A stretch of 63,918 bases of DNA from an uncultured bacterium. GTDB lineage: Bacteria > Bacillota_I > Bacilli_A > RF39 > UBA660. The notes beneath the pieces are model-generated. The model did no database searches. It was not told the origin of the DNA and saw only the letters and a list, made by a program, of their open reading frames with translations. The stretch spans positions 1-63,918 of the forward strand of contig CASFOW010000035.1 of NCBI GenBank assembly GCA_949296705.1. The letters are read 5' to 3'. Positions 8,386 through 18,852 of this stretch are shown here, in pieces. A program made the translations under genes and the position numbers. How positions within the stretch are numbered: position 1 is the stretch's first letter; every line of letters begins with the position of its first letter.

Positions 8386-11300
8386 CTACACCATCTGTTT
8401 CAATAAATCAATTAAATAATATATATAATGTTTCTCTAGTTTAATAAGATCTAAAATAACAATTAAATGATCAGATAATAATTTGAATCTAAACATTGGA
8501 CTGATTTTAAAACTTTCACGAAAGAGCTTTTCACCATCAATTTTTTTCGTCATATCTTTGCTAAATACCAATTCAACAGAGTTCAGTGTCTTATTTACTT
8601 TCTCAATTTCCAATTTTTTAGCTAATTTTTCAAACCATTCCTCATACATATAGATTAATATATCTTCATTTACTTTTCCAAAACGATCTTCAAGTTCAGT
8701 CTTAATCTCTTCTAATTTCTCATAAGAATCGATCTGATTAATCATACGATGAATTTCAATTTTTAAATTATCATCGTCTGTATATTGATCAGAAATATGA
8801 GTAGAAACGTCCAATAAAGGTTTATCATTTTTTACACTAGAAGAATTCTCATCAGACTCTTCTTCTACCGCATTTCCTTTTAAACGAGCTATCTCTTCAT
8901 TTAGAATTTTCAAATAAAGATCAATCCCTACACTATCAATAAAACCGGCCTGTTCACTGCCTAGGATATCACCGGCTCCTCGAATAGAAAGATCCCTTGT
9001 TGCGATTGAAAAACCACTACCTAATTCGGTAAAATCTTGAATAGCATGCAACCTCTTAACCGCAGATTCAGTTAAAACTTTACTAGGTTGATACATAAGA
9101 TAAGCATAAGCTATTTTATTACTTCTGCCAACTCTGCCTCTAATTTGATACAACTGACTAAGACCAAACCGATCAGCATCCAAAATAATTAAAGTATTAA
9201 CATTAGGAATATCAATTCCTGTTTCAATAATTGTCGTACATAAAAGAATATCATACTCTTGATTGATAAAATCAAACATTCTAGACTCCAACTCTTCTTT
9301 TGAAAGTTGACCATGAGCACAAACAATTCGAGCTTCTGGAACTAGTTTTTGAATTTCATAGGCCTTTTCTTCAATAGATTCTACGCGATTATAAAGAAGA
9401 AAAACTTGGCCATCACGAGATAATTCTTTATAAATCGCATCCTGAATTATTTGACTACTCTCTTCAATCACATAAGTTTGAATAGGGTAACGATCAACAG
9501 GAGGAGTTTCAATCAAGGAAAGACTTCTAATTCCTATCATTGACATCTGTAACGTTCTAGGAATAGGTGTAGCAGTAAGCGTTAATACGTCAATATTGCT
9601 CTTATATTCCTTTATCTTCTCTTTATGAGTAACCCCAAAACGTTGTTCTTCATCAATAATCAATAAACCTAAATCTCTCGGTTGTATATCATGACTAAGT
9701 AGTCGATGAGTACCAAACACAACATCAATCGTACCGTTTCTTAATCCAATCAATATTTCATTTTTCTCTTTAGTCGTCGTAAAACGATTAAGTAAAGCAA
9801 TATTAACTGGAAAACCGTGAAATCTCTTTATTGCATTCTGATATTGTTGATTAGAAAGAATCGTCGTTGGACAAAGATATAAAACTTGCTTTGAATCCAT
9901 TACAGCCTTAAAAATAGCCCGAAAAGCCACTTCTGTTTTACCATAGCCAACATCTCCACATAACAACCGATCCATTGGGTGATTAGACTCCATATCCTTC
10001 TTAATCTGATCTACTGCAAATAACTGATCCCTTGTCTCAACATATTCAAAAGCATCTTCAAATTTTACTTGTAAATCAGTATCAGGATGAAAAGCGTATC
10101 CTTGTTTCATTTCTCGAAGAGCATATAACTTAATTAATTGATCTGCAATATCATGAACTTTATTTCTAACACGATTTTTAACCCGATTCCAATCTGAGCC
10201 TCCTAATTTATTTATCTTAGGAGCAATTCCCTCTTTTCCAGAATACTTACTAATCAAGTCAATTTTTTCAACAGGAATGTAAAGCTTATCACCATCAGCA
10301 TACAATACCTCAAGATAATCCTTTAGTAAATCGCCTACTTTTAAAGTCCGTATACCATGATAAATACCAATACCATGTGCGTGATGAACAACATAGTCAC
10401 CAACCAATAACTTATTAATATCCTTAATCTTAGAGGCATACTTAAAATGCGTCTTATATTTTTTCTTCGAAGTGGTAGCGATAAATAAATCTTGATCAGA
10501 TAAAACAACATAATTAGCATAAATAAAACCTTTACCAATTATTTTAACAATAATATTCACTTTATCTGGAAAAATATTTTCTTCATCTGTTAGTACATAA
10601 GGAACAGTCAATTCTTTAACAAAGTTTTTAATTTGAAAATCTTTTAAACAAAGAACAATAGTTTTATTCAAATACAACTGTTCTTTAAGAAAAGCATTAA
10701 TTGCTTCAATATTTTCGCGGAAAGGAATTACTTCCTTGCTTTCAAAATAATGAATTTTAATGGAATGATCCTCTAAAAGATTATCAATTGTTAGATAATG
10801 AATCAAATGTTTTGGCACTAAAGAACTAAGAGAAAACATATATTCATCATGAAAAGATTGATCTTTCTCAGTTCGGTATTGAAAAATCTCTTTTTCTGTC
10901 ATTTCATAACTTATTTTAAGTTGTGGATAATCTTTATAAATAGTAATTGGTTGATGAAGATAAGAGAGAATAGAAACTACTTTATTTGAATACTGTTTTA
11001 AATACTTCTGCTTAAAAATAGTATCTTCAGGATAAGACTCCAACAAAAAGTCTGTATAAGGATAAAGTTGACAAGAAGAGATAGAGGAAATCGACTTTTG
11101 AGTCTCTTCATCAAAATAACGAATAGAATCAATCATATCTCCAAAGAACTCTAAACGAACTGGATGATTTTCACCTAGAGGAAAAATATCGATAACAAAA
11201 CCACGAACAGCAAATTCCCCAGTCCTAGTTACAATAGATTCACGATGGTATCCCATATTCGTTAATCGATTAGCTAACTTGCGAGGTTCAATTTCTAAAT

Positions 11301-11706
11301 TTGGTTTTAAAGATAAAATATGTGACTGATAAACTTCTACAGTTGGTAAATAACGTAGATATCCCATTAAATTGGTAACTACAACACTTGGTCTAGAATC
11401 ATCGAGCAAACTATTTATCGTCTCCAACCTAGTAACCATCAAATCAGGACTAACCGCAATAGCTTCACTCGTTAAGAAATCATCCATAGGAAATAGAAAT
11501 GTTCTCTCATAATAATTACTAATTACGTTATATAATTGATTAGCTTCATACAAAGAAGAAGCAACTACTAAAATAGAATTTTCCTTTTTCTGATAAATCA
11601 AATCATTAACATAAACGCCAAAAAGCTCATCTGTTAATCCAGATAAGCCAATCCGATCAATCTCTGACAAATGGATAATGGAATCAAAAAATCGCAAAGT
11701 AATCAC
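8386..11706 (-). CDS. mfd: Transcription-repair coupling factor
   Basis: UvrB-like N-terminus, CarD/RID domain, GDVGYGKT, DEEQRFG, QIRGRVGR, TRG motif. Confidence 0.98.
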   Translation of the reverse strand: MITLRFFDSIIHLSEIDRIGLSGLTDELFGVYVNDLIYQKKENSILVVASSLYEANQLYNVISNYYERTFLFPMDDFLTSEAIAVSPDLMVTRLETINSLLDDSRPSVVVTNLMGYLRYLPTVEVYQSHILSLKPNLEIEPRKLANRLTNMGYHRESIVTRTGEFAVRGFVIDIFPLGENHPVRLEFFGDMIDSIRYFDEETQKSISSISSCQLYPYTDFLLESYPEDTIFKQKYLKQYSNKVVSILSYLHQPITIYKDYPQLKISYEMTEKEIFQYRTEKDQSFHDEYMFSLSSLVPKHLIHYLTIDNLLEDHSIKIHYFESKEVIPFRENIEAINAFLKEQLYLNKTIVLCLKDFQIKNFVKELTVPYVLTDEENIFPDKVNIIVKIIGKGFIYANYVVLSDQDLFIATTSKKKYKTHFKYASKIKDINKLLVGDYVVHHAHGIGIYHGIRTLKVGDLLKDYLEVLYADGDKLYIPVEKIDLISKYSGKEGIAPKINKLGGSDWNRVKNRVRNKVHDIADQLIKLYALREMKQGYAFHPDTDLQVKFEDAFEYVETRDQLFAVDQIKKDMESNHPMDRLLCGDVGYGKTEVAFRAIFKAVMDSKQVLYLCPTTILSNQQYQNAIKRFHGFPVNIALLNRFTTTKEKNEILIGLRNGTIDVVFGTHRLLSHDIQPRDLGLLIIDEEQRFGVTHKEKIKEYKSNIDVLTLTATPIPRTLQMSMIGIRSLSLIETPPVDRYPIQTYVIEESSQIIQDAIYKELSRDGQVFLLYNRVESIEEKAYEIQKLVPEARIVCAHGQLSKEELESRMFDFINQEYDILLCTTIIETGIDIPNVNTLIILDADRFGLSQLYQIRGRVGRSNKIAYAYLMYQPSKVLTESAVKRLHAIQDFTELGSGFSIATRDLSIRGAGDILGSEQAGFIDSVGIDLYLKILNEEIARLKGNAVEEESDENSSSVKNDKPLLDVSTHISDQYTDDDNLKIEIHRMINQIDSYEKLEEIKTELEDRFGKVNEDILIYMYEEWFEKLAKKLEIEKVNKTLNSVELVFSKDMTKKIDGEKLFRESFKISPMFRFKLLSDHLIVILDLIKLEKHYIYYLIDLLKQMV

Positions 11707-12276
11707 CTATTTCTTATTTTTCGTATTATATTTAGACATTAACGAATCAAAGGGTAAAATAAAATAATCATCTAAAACTAACATAACAGTATCAATTACA
11801 GTTTCTAAACGTTGACTATCTTCCTTTGATAAGCGTCCCAAAACATAATCTTTAGTATCTATAGATTTATCATTAGAAATACCAATTTTAATTCGTTTAT
11901 ATTCCTGCGTTTTTAAATGTAATTCAATATTTTTTAAACCATTATGACCAGCTGGGGAACCTTTTTTCTTGATTCTAAAATTTCCTAATGGTAAATCTAA
12001 ATCATCATGAATAATTAAAATATCGCAGGTAGAAATATCAAAAAAATCTACATATCGACGAATAACTTCGCCACTTAAATTAATATAAGATTGAGGTTTA
12101 AGTAAAATTACTTTTTCTCCATGAATAAAACATTCGCCATATAAACCAGAAAACTTAGATTTACAAATAGAACAACCAACCTTTTTAGCGAAAGTATCTA
12201 AAGTCATAAAGCCAACATTATGACGAGTATGTTCGTACTCTTTACCAGGATTGCCTAATCCAACAATTAGTTTCAT
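11707..12276 (-). CDS. pth: Peptidyl-tRNA hydrolase
   Basis: LIVGLGNPG..Y..TRHNVGF, HDDLD and GHNGLK motifs. Confidence 0.98.
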   Translation of the reverse strand: MKLIVGLGNPGKEYEHTRHNVGFMTLDTFAKKVGCSICKSKFSGLYGECFIHGEKVILLKPQSYINLSGEVIRRYVDFFDISTCDILIIHDDLDLPLGNFRIKKKGSPAGHNGLKNIELHLKTQEYKRIKIGISNDKSIDTKDYVLGRLSKEDSQRLETVIDTVMLVLDDYFILPFDSLMSKYNTKNKK

Positions 12277-12315
12277 TTAGAATCACTCCTACCTACTTTT
12301 TTACAAAAACAAGTA

Positions 12316-12341
12316 AAAATTATTTCCCGGGAAATAATTTT
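12316..12341. promoter_or_regulatory. Noc-binding site (NBS) within a perfect 26-bp palindrome
   Basis: AAAATTATTTCCCGGGAAATAATTTT. The core matches the B. subtilis NBS TATTTCCCGGGAAATA. Confidence 0.85.
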
Positions 12342-12352
12342 CAACTATAAAC

Positions 12353-13195
12353 CTACTTTTGAATATGATATTCGCGGTAAACAACAGATTTAGGTAAATC
12401 ACGTTCAAGAGCTACTTTTTTTATAGCTTCTTTCTCCGTAAATCCATCCTCTATATATAAATTAACATGTTCTAATATAGATAACATGGAAAAATCCTCT
12501 TGTTCATGATTACCATCTATCACTAAAACCATCTCACCTTTTAAATCAGAAACAACAGTTAAAACTTCGGTAATCGTACCACGAATAACTTCCTCATATT
12601 TTTTACTTATCTCACGACATAAAGCCACTTTTCGATCACCTAGTATTTCAAGTAAAGAATGAAGAGTATCTTCTATTCGATGAGGAGATTCGTAAAAAAT
12701 CAGTGTACAAGGATAATTCTTTAAAGTAGTTAATTCTTGCTCTCTTTTTCCCTTTTTACTGTTTAGAAAACCATAAAACAAAAAGGGAGCGGGCGATAAC
12801 CCAGACATTGTAAGGGCCGGAACAAAAGCTGTCGCCCCAGGTAAACTAACAACAGGAAAACCTGATTCAATTACATATCGACTAACCCGATACCCAGGAT
12901 CACTAATAATAGGTGTTCCCCGATCAGTAACTAAACCAATTATCGCCTTATCTTTTAAACGCTCTACTACCATCTGTTTAACCTGCTCTTCATTATGATC
13001 GTCACAGTGAATTAACCTTTTCTTTATATGTAAATAATTTAATAACTCTCTAGTTACTCTAGTATCTTCACAGAGAATAAAATCAACTTGCTCTAATAAG
13101 TGAACAGCTCGCAAAGTAATATCTTCCATATTTCCAATTGGCGTAGGAATTAGATACAAAATAGATTCTTCTTGCGCATAACTTTTCTGTCTCAT
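12353..13195 (-). CDS. rsmI: 16S rRNA C1402 2'-O-methyltransferase
   Basis: LYLIPTPIGNMEDIT.RA, CEDTR, GTPIISDPG, FYESPHR motifs. Confidence 0.97.
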   Translation of the reverse strand: MRQKSYAQEESILYLIPTPIGNMEDITLRAVHLLEQVDFILCEDTRVTRELLNYLHIKKRLIHCDDHNEEQVKQMVVERLKDKAIIGLVTDRGTPIISDPGYRVSRYVIESGFPVVSLPGATAFVPALTMSGLSPAPFLFYGFLNSKKGKREQELTTLKNYPCTLIFYESPHRIEDTLHSLLEILGDRKVALCREISKKYEEVIRGTITEVLTVVSDLKGEMVLVIDGNHEQEDFSMLSILEHVNLYIEDGFTEKEAIKKVALERDLPKSVVYREYHIQK

Positions 13196-13205
13196 GATAT
13201 TCCTC

Positions 13206-13526
13206 TTATTTTAATTGCTTCAATTCCTTAATTAACCCACGCTTACTGGCATAAGGATATAAATTAAAATCAAATAAATGAGAACTTTCTCTTTGTTCAC
13301 TAGTTAAATTACCATAATAAGCATTTCGTAGTTGTTTAAGATATTCATTATGTAAGCCATCATATACTATATAATGCTCAGGTAGTAACGTCTTTTTTAA
13401 ACGATATAAAACAGATACCGTATCTTTAGAACTTAATCCAAAAAAATCTTCTGTTACTTGTACTTTACCCGCCATACATGGAAAAGCATACTTCCTAATT
13501 AATTGTTTTTCTTCATTTCGATCCAT
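13206..13526 (-). CDS. Hypothetical protein
   Basis: ORF translationally coupled within the operon, with a GAGGAG RBS before the ATG at 13526. No GIY-YIG motif, although it occupies the yazA slot. Confidence 0.65.
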   Translation of the reverse strand: MDRNEEKQLIRKYAFPCMAGKVQVTEDFFGLSSKDTVSVLYRLKKTLLPEHYIVYDGLHNEYLKQLRNAYYGNLTSEQRESSHLFDFNLYPYASKRGLIKELKQLK

Positions 13527-14256
13527 TATGTTCACTCTCCTCAAACATAGTCAAAACTTCATTAGTATAAGTTCCATCTGAATGATGTACATATAGTGGA
13601 GGTAATATTTTTAATCCCGTTTTCCCATTTTTACGAAACTCAATCAATACTAAATTAGAATCCGTATTTTCCTTTGGATAAACCAAACGAAGTCTTTTCA
13701 CTTCTAAACGATACTGATTAGCTAAATGAATGATTTCAATTAAACGATCAGTTCTGTGAACCATTCCTAGTACACCCTGATTCTTCAAAAGATAAAAACT
13801 TAAAGAAAAAATATCTTCCAGCGTAATACACTTTTCATGACGAGCAATCACTTTATGCTCATCATCATTCAAATGACTATTTTCCTGATACTTAAAATAT
13901 GGAGGATTACATGTAATCACATCAAAGGTATCAGGGCCATAAATTTTTCTTAATTTTTTCATGTCCAAATGAAGTAACTCTATTCTATCACATAAATGAT
14001 TATAATCAATATTTTTCCGAGCTAATTGATATAAATCGTCTTGAAGCTCCACCGCAACAATTTTAGCCTTTGTTTTTAACGATAAAATCATCGGAATAGG
14101 TGCATTACCCGTTCCTAAGTCTAAAACTCGTTCGATATTATGATTCAATGTAACAAAATTAGGTAACAATACAGAATCTAAGGAAAAAGAAAACCAATCC
14201 GTATTTTGAAAGATTTTTAAACCCTGAAATCCAACTAAGTCATGCAATACTTCCAT
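13513..14256 (-). CDS. tRNA1(Val) adenine-N6 methyltransferase (YabB/TrmN6)
   Basis: FSFSLDSVLL, LDLGTGNA, NPPYF and ARHE motifs; yabB synteny. Confidence 0.9.
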   Translation of the reverse strand: MEVLHDLVGFQGLKIFQNTDWFSFSLDSVLLPNFVTLNHNIERVLDLGTGNAPIPMILSLKTKAKIVAVELQDDLYQLARKNIDYNHLCDRIELLHLDMKKLRKIYGPDTFDVITCNPPYFKYQENSHLNDDEHKVIARHEKCITLEDIFSLSFYLLKNQGVLGMVHRTDRLIEIIHLANQYRLEVKRLRLVYPKENTDSNLVLIEFRKNGKTGLKILPPLYVHHSDGTYTNEVLTMFEESEHNGSK

Positions 14257-14257
14257 G

Positions 14258-15037
14258 TTATTTTACCTCTACCTCTATTTGACTATGATCCTTTTGTTCA
14301 ACATTAATCGTACGTTTCCAAACATTAACACCAACAACCTTGCCTTTTACTTCCTCGTTTTCGTATGATTCACCAATTTTAGGTAATCCCTCTTTCATTT
14401 CCGAATAAAGTTGATCTTCATAATTTAAACAACACATCAACCGACCACAGACTCCATTTATTTTACTAGGATTTAGAGCAAGCATTTGATTTTTGGCCAT
14501 ATTAATAGAAACACTATTAAAATCCGTTAAAAAAGTACTACAACACAAAAAACGACCACAAGGTCCTAAACCACCAATTTCTTTAGCCTTATCACGAACG
14601 CCAATCTGCCTTAACTCTATTCTAGTTTTATAAATTTGAGCCAACTTCTTAGCAAGTTCTCGAAAATCAACACGATCATCAGCTAAAAAATTGAATAACA
14701 ATTGATTTCGATCAAAAGTAAAATTAGCATCGATCACACGCATTGGTAATTGGAGGCGACTAACCAACCTCTTAGCATCCTCCAAAGCCTTCTTTGCGTC
14801 TTTAATATTTTTAGTATGCTTCTTCTTATCTTCTTCTGTTGCTACTCTAAGAATTTTTTTCAAAGAAAAACCTAAATCCTGTTCTTCAACTTCCCTAAAA
14901 TACGAAATCACCCCATATTGTAAACCTTTTTCAGTCTCGACAATTACCTCATCTCCAACGAAAAGTTCAATATCTTCAACTAAAAATAAATAAGCTTTAC
15001 TATTCTTTTTGAAAGATACACCCGCTACTTTATACAT
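14258..15037 (-). CDS. ricT: PSP1-domain protein RicT (YaaT)
   Basis: RVDFRELAK.LA....TRIELRQIGVRD, GGLGPCGR..CC, CGRLMCCL.YE motifs. Confidence 0.94.
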   Translation of the reverse strand: MYKVAGVSFKKNSKAYLFLVEDIELFVGDEVIVETEKGLQYGVISYFREVEEQDLGFSLKKILRVATEEDKKKHTKNIKDAKKALEDAKRLVSRLQLPMRVIDANFTFDRNQLLFNFLADDRVDFRELAKKLAQIYKTRIELRQIGVRDKAKEIGGLGPCGRFLCCSTFLTDFNSVSINMAKNQMLALNPSKINGVCGRLMCCLNYEDQLYSEMKEGLPKIGESYENEEVKGKVVGVNVWKRTINVEQKDHSQIEVEVK

Positions 15038-15917
15038 GACTATATTCACCACCAGAAAAATCTATAATAAACGAATCAAGCATCAAAGAAACATTTAAAT
15101 TAAAGGTTAACTTTTGAATATAAGAATGAATCACTTCTAATTTTCGTAAACAATCTTTAGCCGTATTATATTTTAATACTTGATCTACTAATTCAGAAAA
15201 AGGACTAGAAAAATCAATTAATACGCTTTTTCTTAATGCTTGATCATAAATTACTGCCAATTGTTCAAAAATGGCACTCCATTCATCTTTTGACCAATAT
15301 TCATTAGCAAGAAGACTTGGAATAAATGCAATTGCCGATTCTTTTTTTGTTTCAATTACCTCAATCAACTTAGAAAGAAAAGCTTCATTTTCTATACTTA
15401 CAGGAACAAGTTTCTCACCTGATAAAGAAAGTAACTGACAACGACTTTGTAATGTTTCTAAAACCTGATAACGATTACGACAAACCAAAATTCCAATTAA
15501 TTGATTATCTGGTTCTTCTAAGAATTTTAACAAAGCATTGGCTGCCTGTTTATTGAGCTTGTCCGCTTCTTTAATTATATATATTCTAACATTATTTTCT
15601 AGTGATGTCGTCATAAATTTATCTTTAATTTCTTGAACTTGATCTTTTTTTATCCAAGAACCGTCAGGAGAAATAACCAAAATATCACTATTCGTAGATA
15701 AATCGATTAAATGACAGCGATTACAATCTCCACAATTTGAAGAATTAGTATAATGATAAGGACAATACAAAAATTTAACAAAAGCGAAAATAAGATTATC
15801 GGAATCCAAATAATCTTTTGTTTCAATTAAATAAGCATGACTAAATTTCTGATGAAGACCAAATTGAATAACTTCATGATAAAAATTTTCTTGAGAAAGT
15901 TTAAAATCTTCTAACAT
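15030..15917 (-). CDS. holB: DNA polymerase III delta' subunit
   Basis: SHAYL, Zn-binding Cys cluster, AANALLKFLEEP, SRC motif, degenerate Walker A. Confidence 0.92.
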   Translation of the reverse strand: MLEDFKLSQENFYHEVIQFGLHQKFSHAYLIETKDYLDSDNLIFAFVKFLYCPYHYTNSSNCGDCNRCHLIDLSTNSDILVISPDGSWIKKDQVQEIKDKFMTTSLENNVRIYIIKEADKLNKQAANALLKFLEEPDNQLIGILVCRNRYQVLETLQSRCQLLSLSGEKLVPVSIENEAFLSKLIEVIETKKESAIAFIPSLLANEYWSKDEWSAIFEQLAVIYDQALRKSVLIDFSSPFSELVDQVLKYNTAKDCLRKLEVIHSYIQKLTFNLNVSLMLDSFIIDFSGGEYSHV

Positions 15918-15930
15918 AAGTCCCCTCCTC

Positions 15931-16116
15931 TCAATAAACTAATACAAATAATAAAACTAATGAAAAAAGAGCGGGAAAGCCAAGAAAAGAAACTAAAGAA
16001 ATCGTAATTACATTAATAGGGATAATAATGTTAAAATCACTCGCTATCATATTAAACCCATATAAAATAAAGAAACTAAAGATTACCTTACGTAATAAAG
16101 ATAATAATTTTTTCAT
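15931..16116 (-). CDS. bofA: Pro-sigmaK processing inhibitor BofA family protein
   Basis: Small two-TM protein with the IPIN.IT......LG.P signature, located after recR as in Bacillus. Confidence 0.8.
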   Translation of the reverse strand: MKKLLSLLRKVIFSFFILYGFNMIASDFNIIIPINVITISLVSFLGFPALFSLVLLFVLVY

Positions 16117-16155
16117 ATTCCATCACCTAATAAAAATTATGGTACTAGAAAAAAT

Positions 16156-16752
16156 TTATTCTACATTTTTACGATCTCTAAGTGCCCTCTCTAAGGTCAT
16201 AGCATCTATATATTCCATATCTGCTCCAATTGGAACACCACTAGCAATTTTTGATATTTTAATATCTAAGTCGCTAAAGATTCTCTTAATATATAAAGCC
16301 GTAGTTTCCCCTTCTATACTAGGACGAAAGGCCAAAATTATCTCTTTTGGTTGAACTTCTCTAACCCTATCGACTAATTTTTCTAATTCTATATCTTCCG
16401 GATTAATTCCCATAGCAGGAGAAATTAGTCCTTTTAATACATGATATTTTCCTTTAAATAGTCCTAAACTTTCAAATAGAAAAACAGAACGTGGATCTTC
16501 TACTACACATAATATCGTATTATCACGAAGTTCATTCGAACATATGTTACATATTTTGGAGTCTGTAAACGAATTACAAATTGAACAAAGATGAATATTC
16601 TTTTTCACATTCTCAATACTAGAAGCTAATAATTCAACTCGCTCATCTGACATATTCATAACAGAAAAAGCCATTCTCTCAGCTGTTTTTCTACCAATTC
16701 CCGGAAAGAATTGTAAAGACTCAATCAAGTTTTCTAAATCCGCAGGATACAT
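16156..16752 (-). CDS. recR: Recombination mediator RecR
   Basis: PGIGRKTAERMA HhH, C4 zinc finger, CVVE, EGETTA TOPRIM. Confidence 0.98.
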   Translation of the reverse strand: MYPADLENLIESLQFFPGIGRKTAERMAFSVMNMSDERVELLASSIENVKKNIHLCSICNSFTDSKICNICSNELRDNTILCVVEDPRSVFLFESLGLFKGKYHVLKGLISPAMGINPEDIELEKLVDRVREVQPKEIILAFRPSIEGETTALYIKRIFSDLDIKISKIASGVPIGADMEYIDAMTLERALRDRKNVE

Positions 16753-16754
16753 GA

Positions 16755-17048
16755 CTAAAATACACCCGGTAATGCATTAGCATAACGTCCAAGTTTCTTT
16801 TCCATCATCTTATCCACTTTTTTAAATGCATCGTTAATCGCAATCATCACCATATCAGCTAACATATCTTTATCAATGTCAGATAAATCCTCTTCAATAG
16901 TAATCTTTGTAATTTCTTTTGTTCCTTTTACTTCTACTTTAACAAAAGAACTTTCACCAGTAAAAGTAGTATTATCTACCTCATCTTTTGCTTTCATCAT
17001 ATCTTTTTGCATTGCTTGTGCTTGTTTCATAATAGCTTGTAAATTCAT
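16755..17048 (-). CDS. YbaB/EbfC nucleoid-associated protein
   Basis: MKQAQAMQ..M N-terminus and ML.D.V..AINDA; lies between dnaX and recR. Confidence 0.93.
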   Translation of the reverse strand: MNLQAIMKQAQAMQKDMMKAKDEVDNTTFTGESSFVKVEVKGTKEITKITIEEDLSDIDKDMLADMVMIAINDAFKKVDKMMEKKLGRYANALPGVF

Positions 17049-17068
17049 ATAACTCATCCTTTCTAATT

Positions 17069-18796
17069 TTAATCTATACTCACTATATTTTCACCAAACA
17101 GCTTAATAGCCTCTTCTACACTGCTCGCACTCTCATCCGTATTATCTATTATTGAAGAAGGCTGAGATAACTGTTCACTTAATAAGGGAACTTCTTGATA
17201 CAGATAAGAAATTCCATTATTCTTTTTATCAACATATTCTTTCTTTTCTCTTTCCCAATCAGTGCTTGTAAGTAAAGCAATTCGAACTTTGTGTCCTAAA
17301 ATAATTCCAAATAACTCTTCGATTTTTGGTAATAATCGATATCCTCTATTAACCATAGATTCATAATCAAAAGTAATAATAATAGAATCTGAACTAGCAG
17401 CCCTTACTGTTCCATCAAAAATATAACAGGCAACCGCACCATAATAATTATCTAAAGCATAGTCATTTAACTTATCCCAATGATTCTTAAGTTCAAGGAG
17501 TTCACGCTTACTAGCTCCCGCAAAACAATTATTAATGATAACAGCATTAATTTTAAGATACTCTGTAAAATCATTATATATTTTATTCATATTATCCCCA
17601 TTATTATCTAATTTAAGTGTTCTCTCTACTTGTTTGGAAGGATTAGATAATTCAGTAGAAACTTTATTAAATGATGTTACAGATTTAATTTCTTTTCTTC
17701 TCTCAATTGGTTCATTTTCTTTACTCTTAACCTCTTTCGAAATAGATGCTGAGTGCGTGCTATAATGATAGATAAAAGAAAGAATTTTCATCTCAAAAAT
17801 CGTCTTCGTATTACTAGACTGTTTTACTTCATTTAACGTTTCATTCAACGATTCAGCAAAATCAAGTAAAAAATCAATATCAAATTCTATTTCTTTTGAT
17901 GAATAATAGTCAACAACTAAATCTCTACATAAAGTAAGTAAATCTTGATTAAAAATAATTAAGTCTTTACCTGCATCGTATATGGTGTCAATAAATAAAA
18001 TAACTTCAGAAATGTTTTGCTCGAAAATCATCGATAAAAATTTTTTCTTTTCAGTTTTAGAAACAATTCCATTTAGCATTTCAAAATCAGTTAAAGAAAC
18101 TTTAGAATCTGAAGAATAAGAAATAGCTTTATCTAACATTCCGATAGCATCTCTCATACCACCATCGACAAGTTCCGCAATTCGATTTAAAACCTCATCG
18201 TCAACTTGTACATTTTCTTGATCAGCAATATATCGAAGTCTTGAACTAATCTCTTTTTCAGTCAATCTTTGAAATTCGAAGCATTGGCACCTAGAAATTA
18301 CTGTAGTAGGAACTTTATGCAAATCAGTAGTAGCAAGAATGAAAATAATATGTTCAGGGGGTTCTTCCAACGTTTTTAACAATGCATTAAAAGCTCCAAT
18401 TGATAACATATGTACTTCGTCTATTATATATACTTTATACTTTAACTCCGAAGGAACTAAATTTATCTTGTTCTTTATTTCCCGAATCTCATCCACCCCA
18501 TTATTGGATGCAGCATCAATTTCAATGATATCTGAACACTCATTATTCATAATGGAAAGACAATTCTTACAAGTACCACATGCTTCTCCATTAACTGGAT
18601 TTAAGCAATTAACATCCTTAGCAAAAATTTTTGCCATCGTTGTTTTCCCTGTACCACGTGGACCAGAAAAAAGATACGCATGATTAATTTTATTATACTG
18701 AATAGCATTGCGAACAATTTTTACAACTGAACTCTGTCCAACAACATCTTCTAATCTAGAAGGTCTATATTTTCTGTATAATGCTTGATACGACAT
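17069..18796 (-). CDS. dnaX: DNA polymerase III gamma/tau subunit
   Basis: YQALYRKYRP, GPRGTGKT, EIDAASN, IIDEVHML, SRC motifs. Confidence 0.98.
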   Translation of the reverse strand: MSYQALYRKYRPSRLEDVVGQSSVVKIVRNAIQYNKINHAYLFSGPRGTGKTTMAKIFAKDVNCLNPVNGEACGTCKNCLSIMNNECSDIIEIDAASNNGVDEIREIKNKINLVPSELKYKVYIIDEVHMLSIGAFNALLKTLEEPPEHIIFILATTDLHKVPTTVISRCQCFEFQRLTEKEISSRLRYIADQENVQVDDEVLNRIAELVDGGMRDAIGMLDKAISYSSDSKVSLTDFEMLNGIVSKTEKKKFLSMIFEQNISEVILFIDTIYDAGKDLIIFNQDLLTLCRDLVVDYYSSKEIEFDIDFLLDFAESLNETLNEVKQSSNTKTIFEMKILSFIYHYSTHSASISKEVKSKENEPIERRKEIKSVTSFNKVSTELSNPSKQVERTLKLDNNGDNMNKIYNDFTEYLKINAVIINNCFAGASKRELLELKNHWDKLNDYALDNYYGAVACYIFDGTVRAASSDSIIITFDYESMVNRGYRLLPKIEELFGIILGHKVRIALLTSTDWEREKKEYVDKKNNGISYLYQEVPLLSEQLSQPSSIIDNTDESASSVEEAIKLFGENIVSID

Positions 18797-18852
18797 AACT
18801 CACCTCCTATAACTATACTAATTATACCATAAAATAAGTTAGAAATACGTAA

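Noticed and set aside
15030-15917. Missing Walker A in HolB as a sign of pseudogenisation
   Set aside because: Delta' is normally ATPase-inactive with a degenerate P-loop, and the ORF is intact.
16695-16712. NBS-like ATTCCCGGAAA inside recR
   Set aside because: It is not palindromic, lacks one G, and is explained by the FPGI codons.
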